Of a DNA stretch of 64,000 nucleotides, positions 13,173-26,450 are shown one piece after another; position 1 is the stretch's first letter, and each line of letters starts with the position of its first letter. The position numbers and the translations under genes were made by a program. The notes under the pieces are model-generated. The model searched no databases. It was not told where the DNA came from and was given only the letters and a program-made list of their open reading frames with translations. Source of the stretch: Octopus vulgaris (Eukaryota); the NCBI GenBank assembly GCA_951406725.2, contig OX597828.1:13950001-14014000 (forward strand), written 5' to 3'.

Positions 13173-14026
13173 TATAATAGTCTTGAAGAAACTTTGGATC
13201 ATCTTAACGCTTCATCATCGTTAATATGTCCCTTGTTGAACTCTCCACTGATCTCGCTCTCCGCTCTCTCTCTCTCTCTCCCTCTCTTATTCTTTTGAGG
13301 ACTATTTATTGTCAACAGTAAGACTAACACCACTTACTTCCCACTTCAGATTTTAACCTTCTCTTCCTCTTTCCCTATATAGCCTCCGTTAAACAGGGCA
13401 TCGGTCACAAACATACAGACGACTACGCGCATTAAACCACTGAACACTAAGAGTTACAAATGACATAACTGCAGCAACGTATCATCGACGTCTGGTAGCG
13501 GTGGTGGTGGTGGTGGTGGTGGTGGTGGTGACAGTGGCTGTGGTGGTGGTGACAGTGGCGGTGGTGGTGGTGATTGGAAGACTGAAGCAAACACGCAAAC
13601 AAACGTACAAACAAAATTAAACACATCGATGTCTGTCTAGTTTATTGTTACAAAGCTAAAAATAACCAAAAACACATACATAAATCAAAAAGATTAAATT
13701 CAAATGTATTTCCTTACCTAACAGCTTCCCTACCTTCCCTACCTCCCTTTCTTCTTCTTCTTCTTCTTCTTCTTCTTCTTCTTCTTCTTCTTCTTCTTCT
13801 TCTTCTTCTTCTTCTTCTTCTTCTTCTTCTTCTTCTCCTCCTCCTCCTCCTTCTTTTTCGGCTAATTTAAGTTGAGCTGCAGTCAATTATGAACAATTAG
13901 CGTGATAGCTCCAGCTTACGCTGTACAGACAGTCAGAACGATTGAATAATATAAATCAGATGGCAGGTCGGTTGTAAACTTAGAGATAAAGCTTACTGTG
14001 TGTGTTGTGCGTGTATGTATAAATGT

Positions 14027-14131
<105 letters not shown>

Positions 14132-14194
14132 TATATACATATATATATACATATATATATATATACATATACATATATATATATATATTCATAT

Positions 14195-14239
<45 letters not shown>

Positions 14240-15279
14240 TATATATATGCATATATACATATATAAATATATATATATTTATTTATATATATATATGTAG
14301 ATATATATGTATGTATATATGTATATATATGTGTGTGTATGTGCGTGTGTGTGTGTGTGTACATATGTGTATACATACATATATATATATGTGCTGATCC
14401 ATATATAACTGTATATATATCTATCTTTATGTATGTGTCTGCGTGAGTGTGTTTGTGTGTGTGTGTGTGTGTGCGCGCGCGCGTATGTATTATGTACACA
14501 CACGCATAAATACACATGGTTTTAGTGAAGACAGATGTTAATCTAGCGCGAAAATTAATAGTTCCCACGTGACCAACCTACCTAGATATTAACCCAATTA
14601 GTTTAGCCATATATCTCTTGCTTTTGTTTTTATTTTACATTATTTTTGTTTTGTTTTCTTTTTTGCCAGCTACAACTATATAAGTTGCTGATGGTGTTGT
14701 TCCCGTTGTTGTTGTTAGTGGTGTTGCTGCCGCTGCGTCAGATGTTGCCGCAGGTCAGCTTTGATCCAAGAGACCAAAAAATCAAAGCTTTCCTAAACTT
14801 TGACAATTCCGGAATTTTTTCGTTTTAGTTTTAATTTTTTTCTTTTTTTTTTTTTATCATCTTCAACCAAAGAATCGATACACTCGAGGCAGCACCAAAT
14901 TTCAAACCTGAAATTTACAGACCTATTTCATAAAAAAAAATTCGCACTCTTTGCGAATTTCAGCAGCAAATTGTGTTGCGAAGTAACCCAAAATGTTTTC
15001 CAGTGTTCAAAGGTTCTCAACATCTTTATTTTTAATTTCTTTAAGAAATGGTTATGATTTTCGTAATTTACATGAAAATCTTAATTTGTGTGGAAAATTT
15101 CAAATCGATCGGATCTGGTGTGTCAAACCGAAAATATCTACCCTTGTGTTCAAATCTCGGCGAAGTCAAATTTGCTTTTCGTCCTTTTTATCAACTGTGT
15201 TGCTGGTGCAGCTCTCTCTTCTTTCGAGGTTTTACGTTTTGGATATTCCGCTGGATCGAGTGTACAAGGGTTGAGCAGG

Positions 15280-15555
15280 TGTCCCTGTCTACACGCAACA
15301 ACATAGGTATTTTTCGGTGCCTTTGCAGTCGCAAACTCCCCAACCCTTTTGACCCAGCGGCACATCCAGTACATGGCAGCTGATGTAAGAAAGAACAGCA
15401 CCAGCACTCTGGTATTCGTTTTCAGCAGAGTAGACTGGTGCAACGTGAAATAAAGTGTCTTGCTCAAGGACTCTAGGTACCAGCCACTTCAGAAATTGAA
15501 CCCATGATGTTTTGTCCGTGAGCCGAACACCTCTAACCACTAGGCTATGTGCCTT
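15280..15555 (-). mobile_element. tRNA-derived SINE, family D-related (diverged)
   Basis: GGCACATAGCCTAGTGGTTAG head, CTTGAGCAAGACACTTTATTTCACGTTGC domain. Confidence 0.6.
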
Positions 15556-15584
15556 AACTATAAAAATATATGAAAAAACTGATG

Positions 15585-15932
15585 ATGTGGTAAGAAGTTT
15601 GCTTTCCAACCACAAGGTTCCGAGTTCAGTCCCACCGCAGGACAGATTGGGAAAATGTCTTCCATTATAGATTCGGACCACCTTGTGAGTGAATTTGGAA
15701 GAGAGGACCTGAAAGAAGTCAGTCATGTATTTACGACCGGGTGATGAAAAGTTCTTGGCTTTGGGTAAAAGAAAATACAGGAGGATCAGTTAATTATTAT
15801 TTTATTCAACATGTTCCCCTCTCAGATTCAATCACTTATTGCAGCGGCCTTTCGGTTTTTTCTAAGTCCTGCAAAAGAACTAGGCCTTTCGCGATACCCT
15901 TAAGGCCAATAACATTTCAGCAGCTCTTCGTG

Positions 15933-16004
<72 letters not shown>

Positions 16005-16208
16005 TGTTTATTCCCCGATAATGCTTGGCAACCGATGTTGGTGTGTTTAAGTTCCAGCAACCTAGTAGTTCGGCGAAAGAATCTAATACAATAAGTACCA
16101 GGTTTTTTTTTTTTTAAAGTACTGGGGGTCGATTCCTGTGACTAAAATTCTTCGCGGAGTGCCCCAGCATGGCTGCAGTCCAATGACTGAAACAAGTAAA
16201 AGATAAAA
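15585..16208 (+). mobile_element. SINE family A interrupted by a mariner MITE
   Basis: 5' half 15585-15730 and 3' half 15931-16208 flank the MITE. Confidence 0.75.
15734..15930 (-). mobile_element. Mariner-derived MITE (about 200 bp)
   Basis: Imperfect TIRs CGACCGGGTGATGAAAAGTTCTTGGC / GCCAATAACATTTCAGCAGCTCTTCG; same family as 8591. Confidence 0.65.
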
Positions 16209-16557
16209 GGCAATATTCATTGACATACAAAGAAATATTGTTTTAAGGTTTAAAGTAATTAATTACATCTCATTAATTTGTTGGATTAATTGATTAATGA
16301 CTGCCAAAACACTGTAATCCAATCCACCAACAACTAATTAGAATCTTTCTACACACGCTTTGAGAGGCTCTTGTTGTTGCACCTTATCGCTTTGGCGAAC
16401 AGATATCGATCTCTGTACTCTTCTTTTTATAAGTCTGGTATTTATTTTATCAGTCTTTTCACGAACCACTTCGTAAAAAAACCAACAATTGTTATATGAT
16501 AGGGAGTTGAGGTAAGATATCATGAAAAAATATAAGGCAAAAACTTTCATTTAAGTT

Positions 16558-16746
16558 TTCTTTTATTCTTTTATTTGTTTCAGTCATTTGACTGCGGCCA
16601 TGCTGGAGCACCGCCTTTAGTCGAGCAAATCGACCCCAAGACTTATTCTTTGTAAGCCTAGTGCTTATTCTACTGGTCTCTCTTTGCCGAACCGCTAAGT
16701 TAGGGGGACGTAAACACACCAGCATCGGTTGTCAGGCTATGTTGGC
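16558..16746 (-). mobile_element. SINE family A, 3' half
   Basis: Match to family A tail. Confidence 0.8.
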
Positions 16747-16792
16747 AGTTCGATAATGTGCACTCCTCAGAGTAGCGAGAGGTGTTGTTCTT

Positions 16793-16837
<45 letters not shown>

Positions 16838-16841
<4 letters not shown>

Positions 16842-17010
16842 GTGCGTAAGATATTTGAGGACAGATTTATGTTTATAAAGAACAGATATATAATAACAAA
16901 TAAAAACTTTATTTATCAAAAAATGCTATGAGGTTAAAAATAAACCTTCTTTCCTATAATGTTATTCAACAAATCCACCTTCAGCTTCAACAACTGCTTC
17001 TATATGAGAT
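16838..17010 (-). mobile_element. Tc1/maT-like transposon 3' end fragment
   Basis: TA+CAGAGTG terminus at a (TA)n; minus strand encodes HIEAVVEAEGGFVE*, typical of Tc1-type C-termini. Confidence 0.6.
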
Positions 17011-17306
17011 TATTCCGAGGGAAAATAGTTTCCCTTTATTTCTTTGCGGCAAATTTGATTAAGAAGCAATTAAAAACACGAAAATGGTAAGATTTATTAA
17101 ATTAATCAATTAATTATACGGCGGTCTATAAACATTTTAGTAGTGTCTTAACCAATAATCTTTCAATAAATTAATGTTTTGAGACATCTCAAATGCAAGT
17201 AAAAATCGAAGAGTATAAATAAAAAAAATTTACTAAAATATTGTTCATATCAATAGGATTAAATTGATTTAGAATCAATAAAGCATGATAGATTTCTGAA
17301 AAGTTA

Positions 17307-17725
17307 ATCTTTCGATGTCGGTACATAAAATGACCGACTATAATGTGAATGATGGTTTCAAGAATTTACTTGGCGTCGTTTCCACAATCATAAAATATTC
17401 ATGTCGTTCATCTGTTACATCAGATATTACTATCCTTTTGTGATTATTTTATTTCAGTTTAGAGATTGTAGCAAAATAAATAAAGGAAGAAAGAATATCG
17501 TTATTTTTTATATCGTACAAAGAATAACAGATAAATATTATTTTCCTTTGTAATCATATTATTTCACTTTCAGGATTGTAAGAAACAGAAATTATATATA
17601 GACGTAGATAAATCATGTACCTTTTCCTTGCAATTTGTTGCCGATTAATGGCAATTAGGTTTAGGGTTTTCCCTATAACTGCTACACTTTGTAGTCGGCC
17701 ATTTTATGTGCCTATATCGAAAGAT
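17307..17725. mobile_element. MITE with about 40-bp TIRs, flanked by TA
   Basis: ATCTTTCGATGTCGGTACATAAAATGACCGACTA versus reverse complement ATCTTTCGATATAGGCACATAAAATGGCCGACTA. Confidence 0.7.
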
Positions 17726-18191
17726 TATGAACAAATAAACAAAATACATCGTTGATGAAAATAGATCTCTACTTGTTGATTAAGAAAATTATATGGATTA
17801 ATATGCTGAAAAAATAACCTATATCTGAATCGATCGAATTAATAGATATATAAGATACACAGGAATTCTAAAACGACAAAAATTATCTGAGAGGTTATAG
17901 ATAACAAGGTATACATGACAGCTAAATGTGTAAAATATAGGACAGAAGTATTATTAAATAAGAAGAAAAAAAGGAATGAAAATTGTTTCGGTTAATGAAA
18001 TTAGGATGCGAATATCAGACGAAATATATACGGTGTTATAGTGAGAAAATCCCCTGTGTAGATAAAAATGAACCGTCTATAGGAAGTTTTATTAACATTT
18101 AGGTGAAATTCTCAAGGGAAAATTTATAAGCTATTAGTCATAAGAAAATTGGCTAAAAATTTTTTATGGAATTATAAGTGCGTGTGTGTAC

Positions 18192-18236
<45 letters not shown>

Positions 18237-18421
18237 CGTGCGTGAAAAATGGTAGTTCCTATGAGGTTATATTGTAATACAACTAAAATGTTCGTGTAAT
18301 AAATATCTTGCATATAAATGCACAGGGAATAACATAAATCTGTAAAAAAATACGTTTCGTGAAGGCTGTACAAACGAGAGTGTATACATACATACATACA
18401 TACATACATACATACATACAT

Positions 18422-18458
<37 letters not shown>

Positions 18459-18791
18459 TACATACATACATACATACATACATACATACATACATACGTA
18501 CGTACATACATACATACATACATACATACTTACATACAAACATACATACATATATACATACATACATACATACATACATACACACACACATACATACATA
18601 CACACATACATACATACATACATACATACATACAAGCATACATACAAGCATACATACATACATACATACATATATACATACATACACACATACATGCATG
18701 CATACATACATACATACATACATACATACATACATACATACATACATACATACATACATACATACATACATACATACATACATACGTAGAT

Positions 18792-19315
18792 ACATGGGAT
18801 TTTCAGAAAAAGTAAAACGTACACGAATACCACAAGGAATTCCAAAGCATCTGTGAAGTGGAAGCATAAGAGGCCAGATATTATTGTTTGGCGCAGACGA
18901 GCGAAAATATGTACCGTCATAGAGGGCAGGGCGGCTGTCCTGCTGATGTGAAAATCTCTTTGGAAATCAAAGAGTAAGAAGATAACCATCGACAACTGCT
19001 TCGAAACTTCCAGTTTCTTTATCCGGATTACAAATTTAGATTTATACCAATAATAATTGGAGCACTTGATTTCGTAAGTAAATGTCTAACTGTCAGTCTT
19101 GATAAGCTTGGGTTTTCAGAAAAAGAAATCAACCGATTTGCACATTACGAATACAATCTGTAAGCGGAACAGTAAAACTATGCAAGACTTTTCTCACGTT
19201 TAAAATGTGACATCGTTTTCGTCATATACATTCCGACGATGGAGCTTTGTATGTTTGTTTGAAAGCAGCTCCTTCTTCAGAGGAAGAATTTACATGATTA
19301 AAAACTGAGGAGACA
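18792..19315 (+). mobile_element. 5'-truncated RLE-type non-LTR retrotransposon (R4/NeSL-like), decayed
   Basis: KHKRPDIIVW...CTVIE..GCPADVKI...IPIIIGALDFV...SGTVKLCKTFLTFKM*; PD-(D/E) endonuclease motif; flanked by (CATA)n. Confidence 0.8.
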
Positions 19316-19317
19316 TA

Positions 19318-19846
19318 CCGTAAATTCTCGAGTATAATCGCATTCCTCCCCCACCCCCAAAAAATTTAAAGGTCAAAATCACTAGTGCGTACTATATACG
19401 AAGTTAACAATGAAAAATATTTTCTAAGCAATGTCCGAGTCTCTATTTGCAGTCCGGCAATGTTTATTCAGACGCATTTTGTGATGTCGGGTGCGAAGAT
19501 ACCTTAAGCTAAGCCTGAAAGCAATGAAGTCATAAAAGAATCATCTATAACTTGCAGTAAGCAACATTTATTAAAATAAAAGTATTCAGAACACAGAAAA
19601 ACATGTAACAAAAACAGTTTGCAAACATATTTACATTCCCATATAACAGTTAAGAGCATCCCCATTATTGTATAACGCATGCACGGAAGTGTTTGTTCGA
19701 CTAGGTGCTGCTGGCTTAATTACGCACGACTCAAGTTAGAGAAAGGGTGCGTATTATACACAAGGTTTAGGTTTTTCAGAGTTACAGCCTCCTAAAAATC
19801 CTCTGCGTATTATACTCAAGGGCGGACTATACTCGAAGATTTACGG
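19318..19846. mobile_element. pogo/Tigger-like MITE
   Basis: TA TSD on both sides; TIRs CCGTAAAT(tc/ct)TCGAGTATA. Confidence 0.8.
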
Positions 19847-20047
19847 TACATACATGTGTGTGTGTGTATGTGTGTGTGAACATTACATATGTCACATACT
19901 TAATATATGTGTTTTATTTATATGCTTATTAGCTGCGGAATATCGTCCAGGAAAAGTCACTTTAAGATGTCGAGTGTTAAAAAAACAATAAATACCCCCC
20001 AAAAAACAAGTGAAAATTATCGTCCCAGAGACGAATGAGAACGGTGG

Positions 20048-20087
20048 ACGTGGATATTTCGCTGTTATTTCAGCTCATCAACAGCGT
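20048..20087 (-). ncRNA. Minimal hammerhead ribozyme (C3U variant) inside a 100-bp inverted repeat
   Basis: ACGCUG UUGAUGA GCUG-aaauaa-CAGC GAAAU AUC^CACGU; inverted arms 19879-19979/20226-20325. Confidence 0.7.
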
Positions 20088-20465
20088 ATACCTGACTCAC
20101 CTCGAAACGAATTCAGATCGCTAGTCTGAGGTATGCATGCAAATAACGTGAAAATCTATCTGCTGAGTTGCAACAGCACCGCACAAATAAAACAAAATTA
20201 AATTTTGAATTAGAATCAGTTCTAATAACACTCAACATCTTAAAGGGACTTTCCCTTGACTAAATTCTGCACGAATAAGCGTATAGAAAAAACACATGCG
20301 TTTAACATGCAACATCGGTAATGTTTAGAGCATTAGAGCTGTTTCCAATTATACATACGTGTATACATACACACACACATACACACACACACACACACTC
20401 AAATACACACACACGTACACACACATATGTATATGTGTGTGTGTGTGTGTATAAATATATATATA

Positions 20466-20623
<158 letters not shown>

Positions 20624-20907
20624 CATACAAAATGGGACAAGAACGCAAAGCATCCGGACAGTTAGGTGATACAAAAATGGGACAACAAAACATCCAAATA
20701 GACGATACAAAGAAAACAAGGACGGGTCATTCGAAGTTTTCTTTCCTCAGTCAAGTACCAGATTATCTTCACAATTTCGGCTGATTATACTTGAGATTGC
20801 TCCAGTCTGGCCAGCCCCATATATATATATTTATATATGTGTGTGTATGTATATATGTATGTATGTATATATTTATATATGTGTGTGTATGTATATATGT
20901 ATGTATG

Positions 20908-20961
<54 letters not shown>

Positions 20962-21013
20962 TGCATACATACATATATACACACATATACATATACATAC
21001 ATACATACATACA

Positions 21014-21049
<36 letters not shown>

Positions 21050-21469
21050 TATATAATATTTATGCGGATAAAAATTTACTTCCTCCGTTAAGGGAATTCT
21101 TCCCTAGGTTTCCTATGTCTTTTATCATACGTTATTTACGAATTTCTTATCATATCCGTATGAATATATGTAACCAAATGATCGTTATAAGAATTAATTC
21201 ATTAAACGGAGTTCAATAAATGCCATCAAATAAAATTAAATGAAGCAGCGCCCCTTATTTGGTGTTTCTAGATGAACATACGCAGATCTTTTTTGACCAG
21301 TAGGTTAGGGATAAACGAGGGAGATATTTATTTGGATATGGTAAGGAGGAAGTTAAGAGTAAGCAATCAAAGGAATTAGAAATATAAAAGTTACGCTTTT
21401 AGGTCTTAGTCTTGGATTGCATTTCGCGAGTGTAATGAAGTAAATATTAGAATAATAAAAAAATAAATA

Positions 21470-21718
21470 AATGTGCCGTTTTTTTAAAGCCTAGCCTGGC
21501 TCATGAGCCCGGTTTCCCGATTTCTATGGCGTATGTGTCCCCCAGCTGGACGGGACGACAGTCCATCGCAGCGTTACTCATTTTTGCCTGCTGAGTGGAC
21601 TGGAGCAACGTGAAATGAAGTGTTTTGCTCAAGAACACAACGCGTCGCCCGGTCCAGGAATCGAAACTACAATCTTACGATCCTGGTGCCGACACCCTAA
21701 CCACTAAGCCATGCGCCT
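21470..21718 (-). mobile_element. tRNA-derived SINE, family D
   Basis: GAGGCGCATGGCTTAGTGGTTAG A box, GTTTCGATTCC B box, CTGCGATGGACTGTCGTCCCGTCCAG (V-domain-like); related copy at 25185. Confidence 0.8.
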
Positions 21719-21771
21719 CAAATATTAATATTAACATAATGATAACAAAGAAAAAACGGTATTATTTGATT

Positions 21772-22407
21772 GTTTACACCCGCACGATTTTCCCTAAGAA
21801 AAAACCCCAAAAAACTCGGATTTTTTGTGTGGAATCTCCTTATTTTTGTTCGGATTCCCCCCTCCCATATCCCAGAATCATTGGAAATTTTTTTTTTTTT
21901 TTTTGACTGAATTCCGATAACCTCCTAATATGCTACAAAACCCTTTTGGAGGCCTCGAAAACGGGGTGGGTAGGGTGGAATCCTGGGAAATTTCACCCCC
22001 ACCATTTTCAAATATTTTTTGCTATTTCGTTCTTTACCCATAATTTTAGATAACATTTTGCAGGAATATGTTTTCGAGAGAGTGCGAATTACATTAGATG
22101 AAAATTCAAAGAAGTTTGAAGCGAATAAGGGAAACTGCAGAGGTTATAGAAGTTACAGTGGTACCGAAGTCAGTGGAGAGATAAAGAATGGTAAATAATT
22201 ATTCTAAAAAAAAAAACACTTTAGTTTGAGTATGTGTATGAAACAAGTAAAAGTATATTAAAACAAAAACATCTTTTTCATACCTCTTAAAATCACTGGA
22301 TATAATATATATAATAATCTCGGATATAGAGTTTTTCCTTTACAATTTTTGGCGCCGAAATGTGTTTCATTTTTGTGTCGGGAGAGAGAGTGAGTGAGTG
22401 AGTGAGA

Positions 22408-22447
<40 letters not shown>

Positions 22448-22915
22448 GTGGGTGACGAAGTTTACTTAAACATTCAATGGGTAACAATCATAATTAGATA
22501 TATATCATTACAACAAGCATAATTAGATATATATCATTATACATCATCATCATCATCGTCGTCGTCGTCGTTTAATGTCTGATTTCCACGCTGGCATGGG
22601 TTCGACGGTTTGACTGAGGACTGGCAAGCCAGGAGGCTGCAATGAGACTGCAGTCTGTTTTGGCAAGGTCTCCACAGCTGGATGCCCTTCCTAACACCAA
22701 CCACTGCGAGAGTGTAGTGGATGCTTTTCAAGTGTGACTGGCACGGGGGCCAGTCAGATGGCGCTGGCATCGATCACGCTCGAATGGCACTTTTTACGTG
22801 CCGCTGGCATACTGATGATGTATAATGATATATATAATTAAGATAGATTGTTACCCATTCAATGTTTAGGTAAACTTCATCACCCACTCACTCTCTCTTT
22901 CTTTCTTTCTTTCTT

Positions 22916-22947
<32 letters not shown>

Positions 22948-23535
22948 TCTCTATCTCTCTCTCTCCACACAAAAATGTTTCACATTTCGGCGCCAAAAAT
23001 TCCAAAGGGAAAAGACTCTATATTCGGGATTATTATATATATCATATCCAGTGATTTTTAATAGGTATGAAAAATATATTTTTGTCTTAATATACTTTTA
23101 CTTGTTTCATACACACACACAAACTAACGTGTGTTTTTTTTTAGAATAATTATTTACCATTCTTTAATGTAATCCACATTCTCTCGAAAACGTATTTCTG
23201 CAAAATGCTATCTAAAATTAAGGGTAAAGAACGAAATAGCAAAAATATTTGAAAACGGTGGGGGTGAAATTTCCCAGGATTCCACCCCACCCATCCCGTT
23301 TTCCGGACCCAAAAATGAGTTTTGTAGCATATTAGGAGGTCACCGAAATTCAGTCAACGGAAAATAAATTTCCAATGATTCCGGGATATGGGGGGTCGGT
23401 TTCCCCCTCTCTTTTTCCGAACAAAAATAAGGGGTTTACTGCGTATTAAGAGGTCAGGGTACTTGATTCCACGCAAAAAATCCGAGTTTTTTTGGGTTTT
23501 TTCTTACTGAAAATCGTGCGGGTGAAAAGATCAAT
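21772..23535. repeat. Long inverted repeat (two arms of about 750 bp) around a SINE
   Basis: 21772-22545 is the diverged reverse complement of 22812-23535, including the internal (GA)n/(TC)n. Confidence 0.9.
22543..22810 (-). mobile_element. SINE family C with (GAT)n tail
   Basis: GTGGTTGGTGTTAGGAAGGGCATCCAGCTG domain; AACCCATGCCAGC...GATGATG tail; related copy at 62300-62760. Confidence 0.75.
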
Positions 23536-23779
23536 GAAGTTAGGAGTGAAATTTCCGAGACTTCCACCTCACCATACCCCGTTTTCCGGACCCAAGAAAG
23601 GGTTTTGTAGCATATTAGGAGGTCACCGGAATCTATTCAACAAAAAAAAAATTTCTAATGATTCCGGGATAATAATAATGTACCATATATTGTTATATTG
23701 TGTTGTGTGTCGAACGAATACGAAAGTGGGTACACAGTAAATGCTTTAGTGTATATGGTTTGTTCAAACTGAAAGTATA

Positions 23780-23825
23780 ATCTTACGACTCGAGTTTCAT
23801 GCAGCTGCGCTCCTCAGTCGAAGAT
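23780..23825 (-). ncRNA. Hammerhead ribozyme motif with inverted partial copy
   Basis: AUCUUCGA CUGAGGA GCGCAGCUGCAU GAAAC UCGA GUC^GUAAGAU; palindromic stem III; inverted AAACTCGAGTCACAAGAT at 23838-23855. Confidence 0.7.
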
Positions 23826-24074
23826 CACAGTGATATAAAACTCGAGTCACAAGATAAATACTCATTTATATAAACTCTGTGTGCGCGCGCACGTTCGCGT
23901 ATACATATACACACGCAGTGTATACAAATATACAATTGAAATGATAAAATATATAGAAAAAAATTAAGATATCGTGTAACTTTTCCTTTTTTACCAAAAT
24001 ATAACAAAGAAGCTTATTTTACAGTCAGGAAATTTGTTTCAAAAACTGTCTAGTTTTCTTTATATATAAATGAA

Positions 24075-24109
<35 letters not shown>

Positions 24110-24575
24110 ATATATATATATATATGTATAACTAAATTATTTCTTTGTAATTTTTTTTTTAATGCTGTCGACATTTTATTAAAATAACATATTAACTTTT
24201 ATAAAACCACATTTTACTCCATATACATTGTCTCTTACCAGTTATCACGGTTATTTTCCAACTTCGAAATTTAGGGATTTTGTTTTTATGTTCTTAACCA
24301 GTTAGGGTGCCAATTAGCACAGCCATTAGACCTTTGGATACAATGACGTGCAGTTTTTGTTCCGACTTTTCCCTCTCGAGTTCAAATCCCACCGTGGTTG
24401 GTTTTTGCCTTTTATGCCCTCGGAGTCGATAAACTAAATACCAGCTGTCCTCAGGGGTTGATATAATCGACTTAGCCCCTCCTCCACAAATTTCAGACTT
24501 TGTGTCAAGATTTGAAACCATATTAGAAGTGACGTATTTAATGGATAAATGGATTATTGAATGTTACTATAACAT

Positions 24576-24654
24576 TACGACAGTTCACAGTTGAGTGAGA
24601 GATATCACGTGATACAATAGATACGTACGCAGCCACGTCACTGCATCAGTCGTA
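24576..24654 (-). ncRNA. Degenerate hammerhead ribozyme motif
   Basis: UACGA CUGAUG CAGU...ACUG UGAAC UG UCGUA; stem I UACGA/UCGUA; downstream 35 nt inverted at 24817-24851. Confidence 0.45.
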
Positions 24655-25046
24655 TTTCTCATTCCAATACTAAACCGAGGTTGCCTGTATTATTATTATT
24701 TTTTTTATTACTTGTTTCAGCCATCGATTGCGGCCATACTGGGGAACCGCTTTGAAGAGTTTAGTCGAGCATATCACCCACCACCCGCCCACCCAAGTAC
24801 TTAATTTTTTGAATTCTGTTATAGTAACATTCAGTAATCCATTTATCCATTGAATAAGCCAATGAGTGGCTTTCTACATTGGGTGTTCACAGTTTCTTTC
24901 AAATTACCTTCTGTTGTTTGCAGAATGAATTCTGTTGGTAGTGAAATCCAGAGTCAATACTAAAGTCAAGAAAAAAAAATAGTCACAGAAGAAACAACAG
25001 ACAAAGCTTCACCGGTAAAAAAGACACGGAGTAAAGTACAGGAATA

Positions 25047-25084
<38 letters not shown>

Positions 25085-25184
25085 TTCTCTTTTTCATACA
25101 CATGCAAAGACACTCTCTCACACACACATACACACACACATACACACAAACACGCACACACTAGTCACTACCAGCCCTCAATCA

Positions 25185-25440
25185 TGGAGTCACATGGCTT
25201 AGTGGTTAGGGTATTGGACTCATGATTGTGAGTTCGATTCCTGGGTCAAGCAATGCGTTGAGTTCTTTAGCAAAACACTTCATTTTGCGTTGATCCAGTC
25301 CATTTAACTGGCAAAAATGAGGAAAATCTTACGACAGACCAGCTTACCGTTCAGAGGGGGACATATTCGCCACGGAAACCGAAAAATCGGTCTTATAAAT
25401 TTATATGTCTCGGCAAGTAGCTTTATCCTTTTTTATCCTA
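25185..25440 (+). mobile_element. SINE family D
   Basis: ATGGCTTAGTGGTTAGG...GAGTTCGATTCC; shares body with 21470. Confidence 0.7.
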
Positions 25441-26140
25441 TCTCAATCTGCCATACCATAATCCCAGCCATAAACCTAATTCTAATCTCAAACATGAACT
25501 AATCCGAATCCCTAGCCATAAACTAACTCTTTATCTTATCTAATCCAAACTCTAGGCATAAACTAAATCTAATGTAAACCTTGATCCTACTTTAACCACA
25601 ACCTTAACCTTAACACTATGCCTTGTCCATAACCTACAAACTGCTGTTAAGTTCCTTTCTTAAACAGAAGGTCTAGAAGTATTCAACTTTTGAAGAGCAT
25701 CCAACAGACCACGAAACGTGCCACGATAATCCAAGCTCTTTCTTTTTTAGTGTGAAAAGTGAATAATTAAAAGTATTCACGTCTGTTTACTTTCCACAGT
25801 ATAGGCGTTACAAACTGCAGACCTTTATATTAAATATGATTTAGAATTACAAATACACGCTGTTTGTACATAAACTATTTAGTTAATATATGACCGCTCT
25901 GCCAAAGAAGTCATGATATTCACGCAAATCTAGCCATTATAGACAGATCTAGGTCGTGTCTGATTTAAACAGCGATTGATATCAAGTTCTTTCCTAATAA
26001 GCCAACCACATTAAATTTATCTAGTAAACCTAAGCGATTTTTACTTTAACTTTTTTTCTTTTTCTCGGCGCTGTGAGACTTGGATAATGTAAAGAAACGT
26101 CTGTTGTTATTTCTCTCAGCAAATATGAATGTATATGTAG

Positions 26141-26191
<51 letters not shown>

Positions 26192-26197
26192 TAAATA

Positions 26198-26242
<45 letters not shown>

Positions 26243-26260
26243 GTGTATATATATATATAT

Positions 26261-26292
<32 letters not shown>

Positions 26293-26396
26293 TCATATAT
26301 GTATATGTACACATACACACACACGCATACACATACATACATACATACATACATACATACATACATACATACATACATACATGGATGCATATATAC

Positions 26397-26450
<54 letters not shown>

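Noticed and set aside
19231-19290. Minus-strand CUGAAGA A GGAGCU...AGCUCC resembling an HHR
   Set aside because: No GAAA follows. It is the antisense of the RLE-LINE 3' UTR hairpin, and CUGAAGA is not kept in sister copies.
24924-25014. Exon-like segment after ttctgttgtttgcag
   Set aside because: Stops occur in all three frames and the donor is weak; at most non-coding.
25450-25640. Interstitial telomere (CCTAAC-like hexamers)
   Set aside because: Too degenerate, with no run of perfect TTAGGG; treated as low complexity.
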